NCBI GenBank assembly: GCA_040357565.1
Contig: JBDODJ010000039.1
Source of the DNA: Cercozoa sp. M6MM
Lineage: Eukaryota > Protista > Endomyxa: Ascetosporea
DNA length: 64,000 bases
Direction: 5' to 3' (one strand)
This document shows, in pieces, positions 1 to 12,121 of the stretch. The translations under genes and the position numbers were made by a program. Each line of letters starts with the position of its first letter. Position 1 is the stretch's first letter. The notes under the pieces are model-generated. The model searched no databases. It had not been told where the DNA came from and saw only the letters and a list, made by a program, of their open reading frames with translations.

Positions 1-869
1 GAAATTGAAGCTGTCTGATCTGCTTGTGATTTCAAACGGACAAACTCCAAAAATGAGCAGAATTTGGTCAGTTGCACCCGCGGCGCGTGTTCATCGACAT
101 TGCGCTCCTGTCTTCGCACGAGTTTTTCGGAGAGTTCTTCAACTCGGCAATCGGCGGCAAGTACACACCGGCTTTTGTGGATAAAGGCGTCGGCGAACGA
201 CAAGAAAAAACCGAGTTGGACGCGCGCAGGATCGGTTTGCTCGGCTCGCTGGAGGCGAAGGAATGGGCACTTGCGAATACCGGCAGCAACAACTACGATC
301 GGAAACAAGACACGCCATACGAAGCTTCACAGGTCAGTCCGACTGTTTAAAACAAAGAAGACCAAAGCAGGAACTGGTCCTTTGTGCAGGCAGAAAGTAC
401 TGACGATGAAAATGCCTTGGTCGCGCAGTATACTTACAGTGTGGTCGCTGCCTCTGACGTTGACTGTTGGTACGATGCCGCTTGTGTTGCTTCTGACCTA
501 CCTGGACATATCTCCTGCATCGACACAGGGAAGTCGACTCCTACATGTTCACTCGCAACCTGTCGGACAAAACGATGCAACTCTTGCGTCTCAACGACCC
601 GGCGCAACTCACCACATACGACGCTGTTCAGGCCCTGCATCGCCAAAACGCGTGGCACGGCTTTCGACGAGAAACCACTCGTGTACTTCAAAATTCTACT
701 AGTGTATAAATTAACTGTAAAAAACAATTTGCTGCGTTCTTGTTTTGAATAGAACGCACTTCGACAGTGTCTGCGCGGTCGCGTCGGTCACGCAGAAACC
801 GTGTCGCGGGCCACTCGCGATCCCTACAAGGCGCAGTTCGGAACGCGCACCTTCTTGAACTACAACTAA
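1..869 (+). CDS. 3' part of a cyclic-nucleotide-binding-domain protein (spliced, 5' truncated by the window)
   Basis: Spliced exons read IALLSSHEFFGE...YTYSVVAASDVDCWEVDSYMFTRNL, matching the CNBD FGE and 'SVVA.sdv.c..i...F' pattern; ends TAA 867-869. Confidence 0.5.
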
Positions 870-1160
870 TTACGGTGATTTCTGGATGATACTCGACATT
901 GTAAACTGAGGCTGAAACTGAAACTGCATCGCGAAGCTTCCTGTTTTTTCAATACTGTGGGTACACTGGGGACTGTAAATTTACAGAACTTGGTACGCCT
1001 GACCGACTTCAGAAGGTACTGTAGGGATCCCGGTACTGTAAATATTGCTGTCTGTAGTATATCTACGCTGCACACGAAAACGGAAATACCGCCTGCAGTT
1101 CAATTTTACTCAGTGCCAGGTAGCGCGGGTGGTGGTGAAACCTACCTACAGTCTAAGTTG

Positions 1161-2188
1161 TCACTCAGCGTCGGCAAGAATCTTGGCGATAACTTCGTCG
1201 AACTGCTTTTTCGCCTACAGTATATAATTCACAGGGCAGGTAACTTACATTGCGTAGCGGTGTAATTAAATTTAAATTAACCTGGGCAAACTCTTCGTCA
1301 CCGCCGCGTGCACTGCGCAAAGAATTGCGTGGCTCGCTACAGAAACAGAACACGTGTAGTATTGTTCGTACCTGATGCCAATTTTGGCAACGATTTGCGC
1401 ACCGCAGAACTTTCCGATCTAGTAGTAACAGTCACTATTAATGTGCCTGAAGCGGACACTGTATACGTAAGACACACGACAAACCAAGAGGTCAAAATGC
1501 GGTGCCAAGAAGTTGACCGGAGAAGAGACAGCTGTCCCTGTGAAGTGAAGAACGCTTTAAAAGCCTCACTGCGTAGATTTTGAATGACATTACGAACCTC
1601 CAGATCCTTGGAGAAGCACGAACTTCTTGTCTCCCAATAGCCCACGAGATCCTGTCTCCGTGTACTCGAAGGCGTTTCCTGCGGTGAGGGTGAGGTCGTA
1701 CCACAACTTGATATTTGCCCTGCATTGTACAGTAAATTATGTTTTAATTAACAGATCGCCAAGTTTCCAAGTTACGAAGTAGTAAAGTTGTGCACTGGTG
1801 TTTCAAGTAGGACAACGTCGGCTTGCATCAGTTCGTCCGTCAATTCACCCGAAATTGGCATTGCAGAAGGAAGTGCTCTACAATTTAGGTTTTACGCAGA
1901 ACTTGAATCCCCAGACTAAATGCAGGCTTACAGACCAGTTTCGGTGTAGCCCTGTGTCAGGTACGGTAGTGGTGTTAAGCCAACCTCGCGCTCCTATTGT
2001 AGTTCACAACGTAAATATACAGTATTACAGGTGAGTCCACAAAAATGCCTTTGTACAGTAATTTGGAGCGTCATGTCATTCTTTTGGGCTTGCAGCGACA
2101 TCCTCTCTGCGAAAGCATTGCCCAGCTTTCGAGACAAACTGCCGTTTTGGGCGCTGCGCGGGGAGCAACGGACATGAAGAACACGCAT
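1161..2188 (-). CDS. azoR: FMN-dependent NADH:quinone oxidoreductase/azoreductase (AzoR/AcpD, flavodoxin_2 family), ~6-7 GT-AG introns
   Basis: Spliced product MRVLHVRCSPRSAQNGSLSRKLGNAF...EREVGLTPLPYL...SGELTDELMQADVVLLETPVHNFTTSANIKLWYDLTLTAGNAFEYTETGSRGLLGDKKFVLLQGSGG...VNFLAPHFDLLIGKFCGA...AKKQFDEVIAKILADAE* reproduces the AzoR motifs in order. Confidence 0.85.
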
Positions 2189-2487
2189 TGTTCAGTTCAC
2201 AGCCTAATTAAAAGGAAGTTTGAAACAGTACTCATATCTACCACATTATGTCCGAACATCGTCGGGGTTGGAGATTTCAAACAAACGTAAGTAGTCCTCA
2301 GGCAGTCAGGCTTAACGCAACTGAACTGATTATGGTGGTGTACGAAACTACTGGTAGTAAGTTGTCGAACGCAACACGAACAGCGCACGCAAGGAAGACG
2401 GAACGAAAATCAAAACGATATCAATCACCGCACTCGACTAATGTCGATCAGGTCCGATCAGGACTCAGCGCAGCTGCTCAGCGCGGC

Positions 2488-2866
2488 CTAGGAACGAAGG
2501 TCAACATCGTCATCCGAGTCGGAACTTGAACCGTCGGCAATCTCATTTTCGTCACTTTCCGCGTGATCGAACATGATCTCGTCCTCGCCTTCGTCCTCGT
2601 CGTCGTCCTCGTCGTAGACGTTGCGGCGACGGCGTTTGCGCCGAGTGGTTTTAGTTTTGCTTTTGGCAGCGTTGGCGCCTTTCGTTGGGTTGCCTTTCGC
2701 CTTGGTTTGCTCGGCTTCCTCTGAAGTTCGGCAATGTTCAAGTCCAAAGAGTGTGCAAACAAGGAAGTACCACGCGCGGACTCGACAAACGCGGCGGAAT
2801 CGTCGAGATCTAGCGATCGCAGCGATGTCACGAATTTGCGGAACTTTAAAAGATAAGGCATAAACT

Positions 2867-2921
<55 letters not shown>

Positions 2922-5179
2922 GAAGAAGAAAGTACCATCGCGGGTTCCTCCACTCGGGTTGCGCGCATCTTTGCCGTGACGTCTATGGATTAAAATAGAC
3001 GAAATGAAGTATCCGGGTGAGACAGATGGTACTGCTAGGCCTGCGATCGATAGGCACGTGGTAGGCACGACACAAGAAGCAGCGCAGTTTGCACAAGACT
3101 GCTTTGAGTGCGAGCGAGGACCCTTCTTCTCTGTGTTCAGTATTCAACACATCCGTATATAGGATCAAAGTGGATAGTGAAGGTTACTCGCACAAGAAGG
3201 CTCGCGTCGGTGCATGCAGTGCGTCCACCAGCACGTACTACGAAACAATACCAACATGCAATGCACTACAAAGTCACAAGCACAAGAAATACCGGCTGCT
3301 CGTGTGTCCACTGTGTTGCTGCCACCACTGAAAAACAAACAACGAAACAGTTAAAAACACACCTCACTGCGCACAACACACACGGCAAAATACCTTGTGC
3401 AACAAATAGAAAACATTGCGTCGCATCCAGCAGCCGAAGTCGCTGCATTTCCGTGTCGTTATCGTCTAAAAACACTCTCAGTTAAGGAACACTTGCGTAT
3501 CAAAGAGCAAACCGAAATGATTCGTCGTCGCAACTCGGAACACCGCCATCAGAGTCATCACGACCTGCAGCCAGCACAGTACAAAACACACACAACACAC
3601 AAAGCAAGAACTGAACAAAAGCACGTTTCGAGCGACTTGCTGTCTTCGTTTCGCCGTCGCTTCTTGCAGTTGCACCACCGGCGTCAGCATGGCGAGGCAA
3701 CGCACCGGAATATCCTCGCCTTTCGCCTCAGTTCTGCCTCCGTCGGTTTCGCTTTCGCTTTTGCCGCCGGTCAAGAGCGCAAAAGCCGAAATCAGCGCCG
3801 GACGAACTCCGCCGACGAGGTGCGCTTCATACTTTTGCTGCAGCTGCGAGAGAGACAGAGAGAGTAACAGAAGATCGTTCCCGAACAAAGAAGAACAAAG
3901 AGTGAAAGTGCAAGCGTGCCCACAGAAGGAACGAACGCGCAGTTTCCGAAACTCTCTCATCCGCCAACAAAGCAATCGCCTATATCACCCAATTCGTTTG
4001 TTTCATCCAACAAACTGGTAGGTCACACAAACACAACATACCGGCGGAACCACCACCTGCGGATGCATCGTGCCCATCTGAGTGGCCAGTCTGCAACAAT
4101 ATACAAGAAACGCATGAAAATACCAAAAAAAAAGAACAGATAAAACTATCTGCACTACCTCAAACAAATCAAGGCATTCTTGCGACTCGTTGCGGACAGT
4201 TTTCGGTCCAAACAGTGTTTGCTCTGTGATACACCCGACCCGATTTATAATTTTTCGATCAAATTAGCAAACAAAAGGTTTGTTTGTTTGCTTTATTTTA
4301 ATTTAAGCACAGACAGCAGAATGTTTTACATTGAAGGAAACGACGCAAGCACGTACAGCGCCAGAAGAGATGCCTTGAACTATCTTGCCTGAGAACAATT
4401 TTGTTTGCAAAAAGCACACACAGACCGAAATCGAAGAAATAAACGCTCCACACCAGTTTTTGCCTTTTTCGTGTTTTTCTCGTGTCGCAGCGTGCAGCTT
4501 AAAAACTTGCGCAGCGCCTGAATCTCATATTTTTCGTGTAGAATGCCAAACAGCAAAACGACCAAGGCAAAGCAAAGCAAAGTAAAAAAGGCTACAGCGA
4601 TGGCAGCACTTGTGAACGGGAGATTCTGCGAAGGCAACGCGACCCAGTTTGCCACCATTTTGGCCTGCATTGAAAAGTAATGTTAAAAGAAGGCCAAGAA
4701 TAAGGTTACAGTAAAGGCTAAAGGGAGCAAAAATAAGATAGGAAGAAAGGAGGAAAAACTCACCGCACTGGGCGAACCGAGCATGCGCGGTTCTTTGCCA
4801 AACAACAGCATCGCCGCTCGCATGGCCTGTCAGCGAGGAAGATAAGAGAGAGAGAGAGGGGTGATGGAGGGAGGGTAAAAGGGTACAGCAACTCGCACGA
4901 CGACGAAGCTGCACTTCAGCGCCGACGGCAGCACAGCTTCGATCATCTGTTTCACCGACAGTGCCTGCTGCGTCAACTGCCGCACGTTCTGCCCCACACA
5001 CGTGTCCAAAGTGACCACTCACTCAGTGACCCCACTGACTGATCCACTGACTGACCCACTATCCAGGGAGAAACGCTACCGTCAGCGAGGCGCCCAGAGC
5101 ACCGAAAACCAACAACAAACGCGCCGTGTTCACCGCCTGTTTCAACGCCCGCCAGGCCTCGTACAACTGCGCAGTGACG
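2488..5179 (-). CDS. NIPBL: Cohesin loader NIPBL/Scc2, C-terminal part (Nipped-B_C); 5' part lost at the gap
   Basis: Exons GISSGA...RKNALICLRLATQMGTMHPQVVVPPAIALLADERVSETARSFL..QLQQKYEAHLVGGVRPALISAF align with NIPBL 'R.FAL..I...L.QGLIHP...VP.LIA..D.....KY'; basic/acidic tail ends TAG 2488-2490. Confidence 0.65.
2868..2919. repeat. (CA)n microsatellite in an intron
   Basis: Pure CA run seen directly. Confidence 0.95.
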
Positions 5180-5279
5180 NNNNNNNNNNNNNNNNNNNNN
5201 NNNNNNNNNNNNNNNNNNNNNNNNNNNNNNNNNNNNNNNNNNNNNNNNNNNNNNNNNNNNNNNNNNNNNNNNNNNNNNN
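5180..5279. other. Scaffold gap (100 N); others at 16613-16712, 32176-32275 and 36715-36814
   Basis: N runs of identical length, mostly flanked by simple repeats or a TE. Confidence 0.99.
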
Positions 5280-5901
5280 AAACGGAGATTGAGTTCATTG
5301 AGACGTACTGCTCTGATAAGGCGTCCTTGCTGCCCGATGTAGTGGATTTTTTCTCTTGTGGAGGCCGCCTGGTGTGCCCGAAACACCGTACGAAGTACAA
5401 CAAGAAGGCAAAGCGCTTCGCCAAGTACATGCGCACATAACAGGACCTGTACGAGCTCCTGACCCGCGAAGACGCACTACAACAGCACGAAAACACTGCA
5501 GAAGTGGCAGGTCAAGTTGACCCGGACTACGAGAGCCAAAACATGGCTCCCGGGACGCCAAGTGAGACCAGCGAACCTCCCGCCAAAAGACCACGCCGTG
5601 CCGCTGCCAGCAAAGCAAAGACAGAGCTACTACGCCAAAGCCAGGGTGCTCTATTGATGTCAGCACTGCAGCGCAACTTTCGTTACAACGAAACAGGCAG
5701 CAGAGATCGCCATTATCTAAGCACGGTGATGCGAATCCGGCGCTCCAACGCAACAAAAAAAGAGGATTGTATCACAATTTTCTTCGAGTTTACGGGATTA
5801 GCGGAAGTTCCACGCACTCAGTTATGCACTAATCTTATATGCTCATGCACTGATGATAGTTAGCACGCGTATTTAAAAGTGGGCTTCAACGCCCCAGAAC
5901 C
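5280..5901 (+). mobile_element. Partial copy of the Mutator-like TIR element (one TIR plus interior; cut by the gap)
   Basis: Near-identical reverse complement of 22303-22915; ends ...gggcttcaacgccccagaacc. Confidence 0.9.
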
Positions 5902-5937
5902 TCTATGTGTGCTACATGTACTAAATCGAAAGGAAAA

Positions 5938-7310
5938 TCAGAGCTGCCGTGCGTCAAGTTTACTCTTGGGGATCTGGAAAGCTGGGGCCACCCACCGACC
6001 TGCACACATTAACGGTAGCAAAGGGCGCAAAAAAGTGACAGAGAGGAAAAGAGCTACCGCAGCTGCACTGAGCGCCGGCAAGATCGTACTGCCCGAGTTT
6101 TGTGGCACATTTGGGACACACGACCTTGCCCGAGACGCCTACAAGGAATGAACTGAATTAAGGACGCATTCAAGTGCATTCGGGCACATTTTACCGTTGA
6201 AAGGACCGAGGTTGGGACCAGGTTCAAAGAACCACGACTGGCACACTGTGGTATTGTTCCACTGATCACGTCGCTTCCACTGGAAGGCGGTTTGGCCATT
6301 GCCCACCTACAACAATCATCAAGCCCACGTTTACCCTTCTTTACCTGCCAGTGCCGAAAGGTACCTGGTGTTCGCCGAGTTTGGTATCAAGAAAGATGGG
6401 ACACCGACATTTCTGGCAGCAAAATACGATTGTGGGTTCTCTGTGACAGACGCTGTTGCTGTTGGTATCATCGCTGGCATTGTCAGCAGGACTGTCATCA
6501 CCAATGTCACCGTCAGGATCAACGGTGTCCATACCGTCGGCACTGTTGGACAGAAAGGGTTCGAACTTGTCGAGATTGCTCTGCAGCACTCCTCGCAGCG
6601 ACAGCGAAATCTCGATCGGCGAGCCGCACAAAGTTTTCACTTTCGTCGATGTGCGCAGTCGCAGCAAATCAGCGATCGGCACCCAGACACACTCGCCTTG
6701 CGATACCCGGATATCTCGAGCAGCAACGAAGCGAAGAGGCGTCATGTGTATCGTATGCGTCACGTCCTCGCGGTGCATCCGCAGTGCCGAGTACTTTGGA
6801 TCACGCAGGCGTTTCTCCAGGATCTGTCGCATGCACACCTCGTCGCTCCGTTGCTTGTGCACCTTCTTAGCAAAACTTCCGCCTGTTCTCCTGCAGCAAA
6901 ACACCTCTGAAAACTGGTTCTGTAACCACAGCGCCCCAACGGCCAATCCTACCGTGAAAATTCGCTCGCCAGAGCATGCAACTCGTCCTCGTCTTCCTGT
7001 AAAAGCTCCTTGTACCATGATCTTTCACATCAAAGATCTGTTTCAATCAAAGCTGTAAGTACGGGAACATCGGCGACGAATTCGGAAAAGTAGGCATTCG
7101 AGCGCGCTCGGTCGACACGCACGTGTCGCCACAACAGCACGAGAAACGCACCGTTTTCCGCGCGGCTGAACGGTAAAATACCAATTGTAGATACTGAAGA
7201 CATTTGCGCGTGCCGAGGCCTCTAATTTCTCAGCAGAATGACCAAAAGCCAACAATCATCAAAGGCTTTATTTTTTTAAACAGTAGCCGATCCTGGATCA
7301 GATCTCTCAT
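5938..7310 (-). CDS. Protein with a DUSP12/Yvh1-type C-terminal zinc-binding domain; no phosphatase motif seen
   Basis: Spliced C-terminus IVFCCQKCRCPIFLDTKLGEH...GVSGKVVCPKCATKLGQYDLAGAQCSCGRWVAPAFQIPKSKLDARQL*; start is tentative. Confidence 0.75.
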
Positions 7311-7415
7311 TTTTACTCCGCAGTCCAGTTGATCGGCTGGCTGTGGATAAAACCTGCAGTACTTGTAGCGTCACACACTTCTGTCACTTGGCCTGAGGAG
7401 GCAGGATAGGAAAAC

Positions 7416-9244
7416 ATGAATGCAGAGACGCCGCTGATTCGCGACAAGGGCGAGTTTTCGGCCGTCGATATTACCGAAATTGACGCTTGGATCGATGAGC
7501 AACGTGCCCAGCGACGGGCTTTTAGTAGACTCACCCGTTCCTGTCTGTTGAAACCTTTACTTATGCAAATGGCGTTGTAGTCAACAAGATCCTCTGCGCC
7601 TGTATGCTGATCATTGCTGGTCTGGTAGTTTCTAGTCAAAATTGAAGTCGAAGTTCACTAAAATGTGTATGATCTTGTTTTTTCTTTGTGAAAACAGCTG
7701 GTCGCGGTCGGGCTAACGCAAGAGCCACTGATCGCAATCGGCATCTGGCCTGTGTTGGCGTTTCTCCTGACGGCAGTTTACACCGATAGTTTCGGCCCAA
7801 CGGTGAAATTCAATCAAGGTGCCACCGGGCGCATCTTTGGTCCGGCCTTTGTTCCGCCTGGATGGACACAGGTACGCGAGCGAATTCACTATTAATTGTG
7901 TTTGTGTGTTAGTTGCAAAACACTCTTCTGGTCAGATGTGGGACCCGATGAACTGCTGCGTGGTGTGGCGTGAGGACGCGACTGGCAACTTTCAGTACTT
8001 CCCGCCGCCTGTCATGCGCGGACAAGGTACCTTCTTCCTTCGACTTAAAATGGGACAGCACGAACCTGCTCTTTCAAACAGAGCACGTGGAAAGCAAGGC
8101 GAAAGTGACGGTTGCCGGTAACGGCACGCTCGAGTCCACGTATCAAAGCAGTTAAATGAGTGTTTCATATCGTATGTGTGAAACTACTGTATGAATTTTC
8201 TTTCTTCCAGTGACGATCTGGTCGTCAACAATCGCGACGAATTGTGGAATTTTGTTCGGATGGTATAAATCACCAACTGTTTTTCGGCAAAGATAGCTTC
8301 TCTCAAGTATTTACTCGCAGTACAGCTCACCACCTCGTCTTTCGGTGCGTGTTCATGGCACACACACGGAAAAACGACACAGTGGCAAAAAAAGTAAAAC
8401 AATTTGTAAAACAACTTGTCCACCAATGAACGCACAAGTTGTGCTTTTGCATTTTGAGGGCTTCCTTGCAGATGAAACTCGCACGGTCACCGATTTCTTG
8501 TACGAAATTGACGCCAACGACGCCATTTCGACGCTTGGTGACTTTGCTTGCCACTTTACTACGTGCTGTGGATATTTTGGTATTTTCGCGCAGACGTTGA
8601 CCTGTCGGAAGCCGGAGAAGTGGTGACTTCGGATGCAACACCAGTCTTTTAGAGTCGTGTTTCAATGCGTATGTATCGGAATGACAGGTGGAAGAGTTCG
8701 CTGGTTGCAACGCGCGTCTGAAAGAGTTCAATCTGAAGAAAGTGTTTGAATGGAACATGCCTTTCCTCGTTGAAGCAATTCGCTCGCGTTGCCGCGAGTT
8801 GGGCTATCTGCACAAAGGTGCTCTTTTTCCTTTACTGCTTTTCTAAGTTGGTTCAGTTGTTGAAGCATCTGTTGAGAGAGTCGTTTGTTTTTGTGTTTAG
8901 TCTCGGTGACTCTGGTATCGGCCAGTGACACCATTCGCGTGTACCGCGACACGCGTCGCGCGCGCCTGTTCGGCAACTTCTGGTTTCGTTTCTTGCTGCT
9001 GGCACTGTTGCCGCCGCTCATGTGTCTCGTGTGGACCTGCTGGCGCTGCGGAGTCAAGCGCTTGTATTTTGCCGCTCTTTTTTCTGTCCCTCTCTTACAG
9101 CATCGCAACTGAGCACTACTTTTTGTTTTCAGCCAAGGCGAGGCGCGTTTCCAGCAGCTCACCTCGGCCGAGCAGTGGTTCCAGACGCATTTTCACGAGA
9201 TTCGCACGCAGTCCGAAACTAGCGTGCACGTCGAGCGCAGTTAG
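7416..9244 (+). CDS. Uncharacterised membrane protein, paralog A (N-terminal TMs, WW-like domain, conserved C-terminal domain)
   Basis: ~11 GT-AG introns splice to an open frame: MNAETPLIRD...VPPGWTQMWDPMNCCVVWREDATGNFQYFPPP...SPPRLSVRVHGTHTE...VTDFLYEID...LKEFNLKKVFEWN...ELGY...; ends TAG. Confidence 0.8.
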
Positions 9245-9664
9245 TAGATTTCGCACCACCGCAGCCCTCTCAATAAAGAGCCGGGCTCTGTACTTTGGCA
9301 GTCGCGTCGAGCGGTGCCTCTGGTCGAGAGTAGCCAAAGAGCCCTTGAAGTCTTTCAGATGCAAACTTGCTCGAGCATTCCCCGCGAACACACGCCAAAA
9401 ACTAAAACTTCGAATTCCAGACCTCAACTGAGATTTTATACAACGGGACAATTGTAGTTCATGACATTTGCTGCATGTCCTGCACTCACTGGCGGATCAG
9501 CGATCGAGCCGCGAAAAAAGACGACTGGCAGCCAACGCATGTCTCCTTTGTGCCATGTCGGTGACGTGTCCAGACTGGAGTAGGTACTGTGCTTGTACAA
9601 TTACTTGTACTCCTAGTGAGTAAGGTAGTGCCGTTATCTACTTGTAATCCAGCTGCCGAGTCAG

Positions 9665-11444
9665 ATGCAGGGTGCGGATGCTGGTATCGACAAGCCTCCG
9701 TCACAACTAGGGGCCGATGTCGCGGAGATTGAATCGCGTATCGATGAACAACAAGCACTGCAGCATGCATTTAGTACCTTCGCTTCAAACACGTGGGGTT
9801 GTGACTTATGCTGTGATGAGTGATGCTTGAAATGCGAAAATAGTGTGCAAGATTTGCTGTGTTGGTTTCTTGCTAATCGCCGGCCTGGTACAGGAACTAA
9901 ATATATCTGAGTTCAAGTCGTAAGGCTTTGGGCATAGGTTGCTGCGGCTGCAGTAACGCAGCAGCCACTGATTGCAATCGGCGTCTGGCCCGTCTTGGCG
10001 TTTCTTCTGACTGCAGCGGTCACGACGAGTTTTGGACCGAAGCTCAAGTTCGACGAGGGTGCCATGGGACACATTTTTGGCCCGGCTTTTGTGCCGCCTG
10101 GATGGACACAGGTACCGTACTGTACCCAAGCTTTCCAGGCTATTAATCTTGTTGCTCTGGCCGCACACTTCTGAACAGATGTGGGACCCGATGAACTGCT
10201 GCGTGGTGTGGCGGAACGACGCAACTGGCAACGTGCAGTTCTTCCCGCCGCCTGTCATGCGTGGTCAGGGTATAGTTCTCCACTTCTCCGGCATTATATT
10301 CTACTCTATTAGTTACAACCAAATGTACCAACAGAGCGTTTGGAAAGCAAGGCGACACTTACGGTTGATCGTGACGGTTCTCTCGTTTCAACGTAAATTT
10401 TGCTGTTTTGCCTTTTACCCCCCCCCCCCCTCCTCCCGCTTGACTCTGCTTGTAAAGCGATGATCTGATTGTCAACGATCGTGATGAACTGTGGAACTTT
10501 ATTCGACTGGTAGATTCATACCTCGCTTTAATTTTCAACAGTTTGATCTCCTTGTGCAGTACGCCTCGCCTCCTCGCCTCGCAGTACGTGTACATGGCTC
10601 GCACACGGAACGTAGACATCGGCACGGCTCACACGGACACGGCTCGCGCAGGGCCAGTGAAAGTATCTACGCTATACCCCTGTCGTGATTCAATCATGTT
10701 CGTTCTTGCAGCGGAAACGCGCGAAGTCACGGATTTCCTGTACTGCATCGACGCCAATGACGCTGTTTCAGCTCTTGGTCGGTTTGTTCTCGCTTCTTCG
10801 TAAATCTGCCTGTTGAAAGCAACTGCTCTTCTCAGATGTCGACTTGTCAGCAGCGGGAGAACCTGTAGTTTGAATCTCTGATGTTGTATCCATTCAGCTC
10901 TTCAGTTGAGTGAATGTGTCAGGTGGAGGAGTTCACTGGCTGTAACGCGCGTCTGAAAGAGTTCAAGCTCAAGAAAGTGTTTGAATGGAACCTGCCATTT
11001 CTTGTCGAAGCGATCACCTTGCGTTGTCGCGAGTTGGGTTATCATGATGAAGGTGCGTTTTTATGACTTTCCCAAGTTGTTTCTGCAGTTGTAGTTTGGC
11101 CTGCAGTGAGAGTGGACTTGGTGGTAACGGGCGACTCCATGCGCGTGTACCGTAACACACGGCGTGCTCGCTTGTACCACAGCTTCTGGTTCCGTTACGT
11201 GCTGCTTGCCTTCCTGCCGCCACTAGCGTGCTTGCTGTGGGCGTGCTGGCGCTGCGGTGTCGCGCACTTGTAAGATTACTACACCTTCTCGTGCTTGTAA
11301 CCTTCACTCCTCATCGACGCGTTTAATTTCCACAGCAAGGCAGAGGCGCGTTTCCAGTCGCTCATGTCTGCCGAGCAGTGGCTACAAACGCATTACCACG
11401 AGATTCGCACAGACAGGGTCGTCACGGTGCAGGTGCCAGTGTAA
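9665..11444 (+). CDS. Uncharacterised membrane protein, tandem paralog B
   Basis: Same exon/intron positions as paralog A; exons highly similar, introns diverged; ends TAA 11442-11444. Confidence 0.8.
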
Positions 11445-11689
11445 CGCATCTCGCGACTCTCTGCCGTGCGATGGCGTGGGCAGTGACTCGACGTGTGGTT
11501 GAAAGTTACCCGACGGGTACAGCGCTGTACCAACGGACGGGAATTCGAAGTTGCAAAGAATGTTTGAAGCGAACGGAAGTGAACGCTGTCATGACCGACC
11601 GCGACGGAACTATCTGAACGGAAATACGTACTGTAGCTAGTTCAGACTACGTAGCCGAGTTTCCCTGTACTGTAAACTTACTGTAACTT

Positions 11690-11890
11690 ACCAGTCCTGG
11701 GGTGGGTCACAAACGCTTGGAAGTAATCCCGGTGGCCATGGGGTCATCCAACTCCCTTTTGAAGGCTTCAAGGTTGGTACCTACAGCTTGGTTTTTAATA
11801 CGGCTCAACTGCTGTATACGACGAATCCGGGGGTGGGCATCCAACTTTCTTTTAAGTACTTCGTCTTCAAAAGGTTGGTACTTCGCCAAG
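11690..11890 (-). mobile_element. Dispersed repeat; possible LINE 3' end (contains two related internal units)
   Basis: Shares TTCAAAAGGGAGTTG and TTGTGACCCACCCCAG(G)ACTGGT with 45850-46020; translates as AVGTNLEAFKRELD. Confidence 0.5.
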
Positions 11891-12121
11891 GCTGCTGTAT
11901 ACCGTACGATATTCTTGCGAGTTCGGTCAGCACCCGAATTCGACTGATTTAGATACGTTACTTATGGCTCCACGGTTCGGATTCCTTCATGATCAGTTCG
12001 ATAAGGTCGAGATATCATAACAGCGGCGCAGCTGCGGGACAAGCTATGCATGTCACCCTGACCTCGTCATCACGTCAGTCAAGTCAGGTGTCGCATATCG
12101 CGAAAGCTTCCATCGTCCCGT

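Noticed and set aside
950-1045. TACAGT/ACTGTA motifs as Tc1/mariner ends (also ~11630-11690, 15596, 58826-59046)
   Set aside because: No extended matching TIR pairs found.
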